The translations under genes were made by a program, and so were the position numbers. Below the pieces are notes generated by a model. It saw only the letters and a program-made list of their open reading frames with translations. It was not told where the DNA came from and made no database searches. A stretch of 64,000 bases of DNA, taken from an uncultured Clostridia bacterium. Lineage in GTDB: Bacteria > Bacillota > Clostridia > Christensenellales > UBA1242. The stretch covers positions 34,383-98,382 of the forward strand of contig CALWTK010000003.1 in the NCBI GenBank assembly GCA_944384465.1, in the 5' to 3' direction. Positions 57,513-64,000 of the stretch are shown here, one piece after another (position 1 is the first letter of the stretch; every line of letters starts with the position of its first letter).

Positions 57513-57576
57513 GTTCACGTCCATATAATCAGATAAGGCAATTGACTTTGAAAAAAAATTTTGCTATCATAATTTT

Positions 57577-59492
<1,916 letters not shown>

Positions 59493-59500
59493 GAGCGAAT

Positions 59501-59794
59501 ATGATAGATAAAAAACAAAGAATTAAATTGAGAAGCCTGTCTTCCACGCTAAAGCCATGCGTCATGGTGGGCAAAGACGGATTTAGCGAAAATGTTTTAA
59601 AGCAAATTGAAGAGCAACTTTACAATCATGAATTGATAAAAATTAGTATGCTCGAAAATACTACTCCACCTACCGAATTTGAGTTGACTGAAATGGCAGT
59701 AAAACTTGGCGCCGAAGTGGTGACAACAATCGGCAGAAAAATTGTCCTTTATAAACATAGTGAGAAAAAAGGTGTTAAACATGTGTTAAATTAA
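59501..59794 (+). CDS. yhbY: CRM-domain RNA-binding protein YhbY
   Basis: 97 aa with LRSL...LKPCVMVGKDG...ELIKI...G..VVTTIGRKIVLY. Confidence 0.88.
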   Translation: MIDKKQRIKLRSLSSTLKPCVMVGKDGFSENVLKQIEEQLYNHELIKISMLENTTPPTEFELTEMAVKLGAEVVTTIGRKIVLYKHSEKKGVKHVLN

Positions 59795-59806
59795 CACCTT
59801 TTTTTT
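59771..59806 (+). terminator. intrinsic terminator of the nth-obg-yhbY unit
   Basis: GGTGTTAA ... TTAACACC followed by T8. It overlaps the yhbY stop codon. Confidence 0.7.
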
Positions 59807-60008
59807 GAAATTTATAGATATACTTGTAGAAAATAAAACAATTTAATATTTTGCTTATTTTTATATACTTTTTTATCAATATTTAGACAAAAATATTTGA
59901 CGAAAATTGTATGAATTAAAATTTTTTGTTAAATGAAATTAAAAAACATTCAAAAAATATATTAAATCAATTGATTTTTTGATATAAAATTTGATTTTTT
60001 TAAAAAAT

Positions 60009-60491
60009 TTAGTCAACTCTTTTATAATTCTTTATATCAAAATCTGTAGATTGCATTTTTTTCTTTTGGGGGTTTTTATTTCCTTTAAATAAATTCATTA
60101 TACTATTTAGATTGAATCCGCTATTGTTAAATAATGACATTATATTTGATAAATTAAATCCGCTGTTTTTGTCATCTACATTTTTTGAATTGGAGTTAAG
60201 CATTGATATTAGATTATTTAGTCCACCACCCTTTCCTAATCCTGTCAACAGTGGAAGCAAATTTTTGAAATCAAAAGGAAATGGATTTGATGGTTTTTTA
60301 TCTTCTTTCGGTTTGTTTACGCAATCACAATCACCCTTTTTGAATCCATTGTCTATATAAAAATTTGGGACATTTTCATATGGCTCTTGAAAGACTATTT
60401 TTTTAGTCTCTTTCTTTTCGGTGTTGTCAAATTTTTGTATGTACGCATTTGGTTCTGTGAAAAGTGCGTATCTACTATCTTCATATTCCAT
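60009..60491 (-). CDS. hypothetical protein with an internal SGFNL(S/N)(N/S)IM(S/N)LF repeat
   Basis: 160-aa ORF. DCDC pair, Gly-rich GLGKGGGL, and two copies of SGFNLxxIMxLF. Confidence 0.5.
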   Translation of the reverse strand: MEYEDSRYALFTEPNAYIQKFDNTEKKETKKIVFQEPYENVPNFYIDNGFKKGDCDCVNKPKEDKKPSNPFPFDFKNLLPLLTGLGKGGGLNNLISMLNSNSKNVDDKNSGFNLSNIMSLFNNSGFNLNSIMNLFKGNKNPQKKKMQSTDFDIKNYKRVD

Positions 60492-60572
60492 ACTATCTAT
60501 TTATGCATATTTTTTATTTTTGCAACTGTCACCATAAAATGCAAACGGACATAAATTAAGTTAGGAGTATTT

Positions 60573-60854
60573 ATGCCAAGAGATTTCAAAAGTTTCACCA
60601 AGGAGAATAAAAAAATTATTGATGAAAATCAGGAAAAAGCGAATGAATACAAACACATTCTAGACAAATACAAAAATATGGATAACAACGAACTTATGTC
60701 AAATCTATTCAGTGAAGCCAGCAAATTGAAAAAAGAAGGTAAATTAGATGATGACCAACTAAATAGTTTAAAATCAACCATCTCTCCATTCTTAAATAAT
60801 GATCAACAGCAAATGTTGAATTCTCTAATTAAAGCTATCCATGAACAAAAATAA
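60573..60854 (+). CDS. small helical protein of unknown function
   Basis: 93 aa behind TTAGGAGTATTT. Its 3' end overlaps the protease start by 14 nt. Confidence 0.55.
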   Translation: MPRDFKSFTKENKKIIDENQEKANEYKHILDKYKNMDNNELMSNLFSEASKLKKEGKLDDDQLNSLKSTISPFLNNDQQQMLNSLIKAIHEQK

Positions 60855-61950
60855 AGTAAGTCCAGAAATTTTAAATAGTGTGAACATTTTAGCACAAGGC
60901 TACAAAGACAAGATTATGCTCAGTGCTAAAAATTTTAACAGCGCAAAAAAGTTTTTAGACACATATAAATACAGTTACACTCCTTATAGATTTGCAAATT
61001 GTTTTTATCTTGATGCTGATTATGATGATATCAATATTTTATCATCCTTGGATGACGTGTCTTACATATTCCCAGATAGTATTGTAAAAATTGAACAAAC
61101 TCAAAAAAATTTCATGAATTTAGAAAATTTGACACAAAATAAATACTTTGGTCAGGGGCAAACGATATGCTTTATCGACACGGGCATTTATCCGCATTTT
61201 GATTTTTTGTTCCCAAAATCTAGGATAATAAAATTTATTGACCTAATAAACAAGCAACCAACCCCGTATGACGACAACGGGCATGGCTCTTTCGTGGCTG
61301 GCATTGCATGTGGGAATGGAATAATAAGTCATGACAACACCGGATTCGCTCCAATGGCGAACATCATCTCAATAAAAGCTCTAGGCGAAAAAGGTAACAG
61401 CAACAGCAACACAATTTTGGATGCCATGCAATGGGTATATGAAAATCATAAAGTATACAATATAAGTGTGGTCTGCATGAGTTTCGGCGCGGATATAATA
61501 AATGACAAGGATCCATTATGCAACGGTGCTGAAGCGTTGTGGCGAAGGGGGATAACAATTGTAGCAGCAGCGGGGAATAGCGGTCCTGAAAAGAACACTA
61601 TAAAATCCCCCGGGAACAACCCGCACATCATCACCGTGGGAGCTCTAGATGAGTCCACAATGAGTGTGGCGGATTTCAGCAGTCGGGGTCCGACTATTTA
61701 CGGACACAAGCCAGATCTACTTGCCCCTGCAGTCAACATCATCTCATGTGCCAACAATATGCCACCATATACAAAAATGAGTGGCACAAGTGTTGCCACC
61801 CCAATTGTAGCTGGAATATGCGCAATCATAAAATCTCGATGGCCAGACATCACGAACAATCAAATAAAAGAATTCTTGCTAGCTCACTGCAGAAAAATTA
61901 CTGGAGATAGAGATATTGAAGGTGCAGGATACTTAAATTTCAAAAAATAA
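60841..61950 (+). CDS. subtilisin-family (S8) serine protease with an N-terminal propeptide and no signal peptide
   Basis: Catalytic triad motifs DTGIYPH, HGSFVAGI and SGTSVATPIVAG. Confidence 0.88.
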   Translation: MNKNKVSPEILNSVNILAQGYKDKIMLSAKNFNSAKKFLDTYKYSYTPYRFANCFYLDADYDDINILSSLDDVSYIFPDSIVKIEQTQKNFMNLENLTQNKYFGQGQTICFIDTGIYPHFDFLFPKSRIIKFIDLINKQPTPYDDNGHGSFVAGIACGNGIISHDNTGFAPMANIISIKALGEKGNSNSNTILDAMQWVYENHKVYNISVVCMSFGADIINDKDPLCNGAEALWRRGITIVAAAGNSGPEKNTIKSPGNNPHIITVGALDESTMSVADFSSRGPTIYGHKPDLLAPAVNIISCANNMPPYTKMSGTSVATPIVAGICAIIKSRWPDITNNQIKEFLLAHCRKITGDRDIEGAGYLNFKK

Positions 61951-61985
61951 TTTTCGTTTATCAAAATTTATGTTATAATATCTGC

Positions 61986-62627
61986 ATGATAAGATTGGAA
62001 CACGTATACCTTAAATACATAAAAGAATTCTACACCCTATACGACATAAATTTAGAGTTGAAAGAAAACACGCTAATTTTTGGCGACATCTTTGACGGGA
62101 CGCATTCACTCTTCCGATTAATTAGCAAAATTGATAGAGATTATGAAGGAGATATATTTATAGATGATAAAAATCTAAAGGATATAAAGGACAAGGATTT
62201 ATCTTTGTCTTATGTCACAGACTTTCCCTATCTTTTTGAAAGAAAAAACATATATAAAAATTTGTATTATCCTTTAAAAATTAGAAAAATTGATAAAATT
62301 ACTGCAAAAAACATGATAAATGATGCAATAAATCAATATAATTTGAATAATTTTCCACAAAAGATAAAAGACATGACTCTAGCGCAAAAGAAAATCATTG
62401 CTTTAATTAGAGCAGTTATTCGCGGAACAAAATATATCCTTTTGGAAGATTTTTTCTCAACACTAGATAAAGAATATTTTGATATTGCGATAGATATTCT
62501 CTCTTCAAGCAATTCAACAATCATTGCTTGCGAAAAAATGGATATAGATATAAACTTTTTTAATTCGTTCAAAAAATTAGCATTGAGCTACGGTAAAATT
62601 GAGAATATAAAAACTAATAATAAATGA
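61986..62627 (+). CDS. ABC-ATPase-like protein with degenerate catalytic motifs
   Basis: ABC-domain length and layout, but each motif position is altered. Walker A slot is GDIFDGTHS, signature slot MTLAQKK, Walker B slot ILLEDFF and H-loop slot IACEK. Confidence 0.55.
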   Translation: MIRLEHVYLKYIKEFYTLYDINLELKENTLIFGDIFDGTHSLFRLISKIDRDYEGDIFIDDKNLKDIKDKDLSLSYVTDFPYLFERKNIYKNLYYPLKIRKIDKITAKNMINDAINQYNLNNFPQKIKDMTLAQKKIIALIRAVIRGTKYILLEDFFSTLDKEYFDIAIDILSSSNSTIIACEKMDIDINFFNSFKKLALSYGKIENIKTNNK

Positions 62628-62651
62628 AAAGATTCCACATCAAGCGGCAAG

Positions 62652-62680
62652 AAAAAAGAGGATTAAATTAATCCTCTTTT
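62652..62680. terminator. bidirectional hairpin between the convergent genes
   Basis: AAAAAAGAGGATT-AAATT-AATCCTCTTTT. It overlaps the clpC stop codon. Confidence 0.65.
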
Positions 62681-64000
62681 CCTTTATCTTCATGTTGTTT
62701 TGTAAGGAACTCTAGATTGTCTCCTTTGCAATCCACCAAGACATTGTCTCCCGCTTTGATCTCGCCTTTCAACATTCTGTCTGCGAGTTCGTCTTCTATC
62801 TTGCTCGTGATTAATCTTCTCAATGGTCTTGCTCCAAAGTCGTCATTCGTTCCATTCTTTACAAGATAATTCAATGTCGCTGTCGTGAACTTCAATTCAA
62901 CTCCACTCTGCTTCAAATTCTTGTTCAAATCAGCAAGCATCTTCTTAGCAATATCTTTTAGGACTTGAGATGACAATTTATTGAATATGACAATATTGTC
63001 TATCCTGTTGATCAATTCTGGCTTGAAGTATTTTTTGAGTTCGCTCAACATAATTGCAGATTTGTCATCATTTTTCTTGTCATTAAAGCCAAGGTCCACA
63101 TTTGTCTTGCTCAATTTGTCACTACCAATATTTGATGTCAAGATTATGATTGTATTTTTAAAGCTTACGACTTTGCCATGGCTATCAGTCAGTCTTCCAT
63201 CATCTAGAATTTGCAGTAACATGTTGAAAACTTCTGGATGTGCCTTTTCAATTTCATCAAACAGGACTACGCTATAAGGTTTTCTTCTAACCTGTTCGGT
63301 CAACTGACCACCATCGTCAAAGCCCACATATCCTGGCGGACTACCAATCAATTTTGACACGCTGTGTGCTTCCATGAACTCACTCATATCAAGTCTGATC
63401 ATCTTATTTTCATCTCCGAACAAGGCTTCTGCCAATGCTTTGCACAATTCGGTCTTACCAACACCTGTAGGTCCTAGGAATAGGAAACTTCCTATAGGTC
63501 TTCTTGGGTCTCGGATGCCTATGCGACTTCTTCTAATCGCTTTTGCAACTTTCTCTATCGCTTCGTCCTGACCTTTGACGCGTTGCCCCAAAGTCTTTTC
63601 TAGATTGATCAATTTCTCTGCTTCGCCTTCTGTCAGTTTTGTCAATGGGATGTTCGTCCATTTACTTACCACTTCCGCTACATCATGCTCTGTGATAACC
63701 GCATCCGCTTGGTTGGCAGTCTGTGGCAGTGATTTTTGCCTATTAATTTCATCTTTTAGTTTGGTGACCTTATCTCTCAATTTGCTTGCCTTCTCAAAGT
63801 CTTCTTGATTGACAGCATCTTCTTTCTCGGCTTCAACCTTTGTCAATTTTTCTTTCAAAGCTTTGATCTCGGCTGTGTCGTAGTTGGTTTTGACTTTCGC
63901 TCTACTTGATGCTTCGTCTATAAGGTCTATAGCTTTGTCTGGCAAGCTTCTATCTTGAATATATCTATCTGACAAAGTGGCTGCCGCATTGATCGCCTCA
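62668..64000 (-). CDS. clpC: AAA+ chaperone ClpC, C-terminal part (N-terminus beyond the window)
   Basis: The frame stays open to position 64000 (..EAINAAATLSDRYIQDRSLPDKAIDLIDEA). It has a short UVR-type middle motif (EDFEKASKLRDKV), the second AAA+ module GPTGVGKTE with DEIEKAH, and a C-terminal D2-small domain. The track's start at 63975 is an internal TTG. Confidence 0.9.
   Translation of the reverse strand, partial: EAINAAATLSDRYIQDRSLPDKAIDLIDEASSRAKVKTNYDTAEIKALKEKLTKVEAEKEDAVNQEDFEKASKLRDKVTKLKDEINRQKSLPQTANQADAVITEHDVAEVVSKWTNIPLTKLTEGEAEKLINLEKTLGQRVKGQDEAIEKVAKAIRRSRIGIRDPRRPIGSFLFLGPTGVGKTELCKALAEALFGDENKMIRLDMSEFMEAHSVSKLIGSPPGYVGFDDGGQLTEQVRRKPYSVVLFDEIEKAHPEVFNMLLQILDDGRLTDSHGKVVSFKNTIIILTSNIGSDKLSKTNVDLGFNDKKNDDKSAIMLSELKKYFKPELINRIDNIVIFNKLSSQVLKDIAKKMLADLNKNLKQSGVELKFTTATLNYLVKNGTNDDFGARPLRRLITSKIEDELADRMLKGEIKAGDNVLVDCKGDNLEFLTKQHEDKGKED

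Noticed and set aside
61986-62627. Functional ABC transporter ATP-binding protein.
   Set aside because: Walker A, signature, Walker B and H-loop positions are all non-consensus and no permease is adjacent. It is called a degenerate ABC-like protein instead.

Overview
A 64-kb chromosomal segment from a visibly AT-rich, endospore-forming Firmicute. The sporulation-associated genes ytxC-like, yqfC, yqfD, ylmC/ymxH-like and yqzL-like are all present. Almost all of the window is tightly packed core housekeeping, mostly on the minus strand.

Gene content, left to right:
- Partial Fe-alcohol dehydrogenase; thrS behind a Thr-specific T-box.
- A run of uncharacterised, mostly membrane, genes.
- An NMT1-type ABC importer and two orphan genes.
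- A long dcw/cell-wall cluster, in transcription order: metallophosphoesterase, rsmH, ftsL-like, class B PBP, murE, mraY, murD, ftsW, murA, ftsQ, ftsA, ftsZ.
- A Cys-bracketed beta-rich orphan; engB; SOS-boxed dinB; an SLT transglycosylase.
- The dnaG / sigma-fragment / rpoD operon; ppdK.
- yqfC, yqfD, ybeY::era fusion, yqzL, recO.
- An ABC-F ATPase, a PAP2 phosphatase, nrdR and a type IIA topoisomerase pair.
- ddl, divergent from an alpha/beta hydrolase and an atypical murF.
- tsaE, a tsaB::rimI fusion and pdp.
- A class V aminotransferase with a DUF3343-like partner; nth, obg, yhbY.
- An S8 protease module with a degenerate ABC-ATPase-like gene; partial clpC.

I saw no rRNA, tRNA, CRISPR array, transposase, integrase or phage genes.

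Most unusual observations:
1. A GC-rich island of tandem hairpin repeats sits in front of the dcw operon. It is embedded in three direct copies of the first gene's RBS/start module.
2. A 175-aa protein with only sigma-70 region 2 is translationally coupled between dnaG and rpoD.
3. A MurF-like ligase has its N-terminal domain replaced by a polytopic membrane domain.
4. YbeY-Era and TsaB-RimI are single fused ORFs.
5. The PBP's membrane anchor lies upstream of any canonical start codon.
6. An ABC-ATPase-like protein has every catalytic motif degenerate.

All calls come from reading the translations and sequence by eye. No database search was run.
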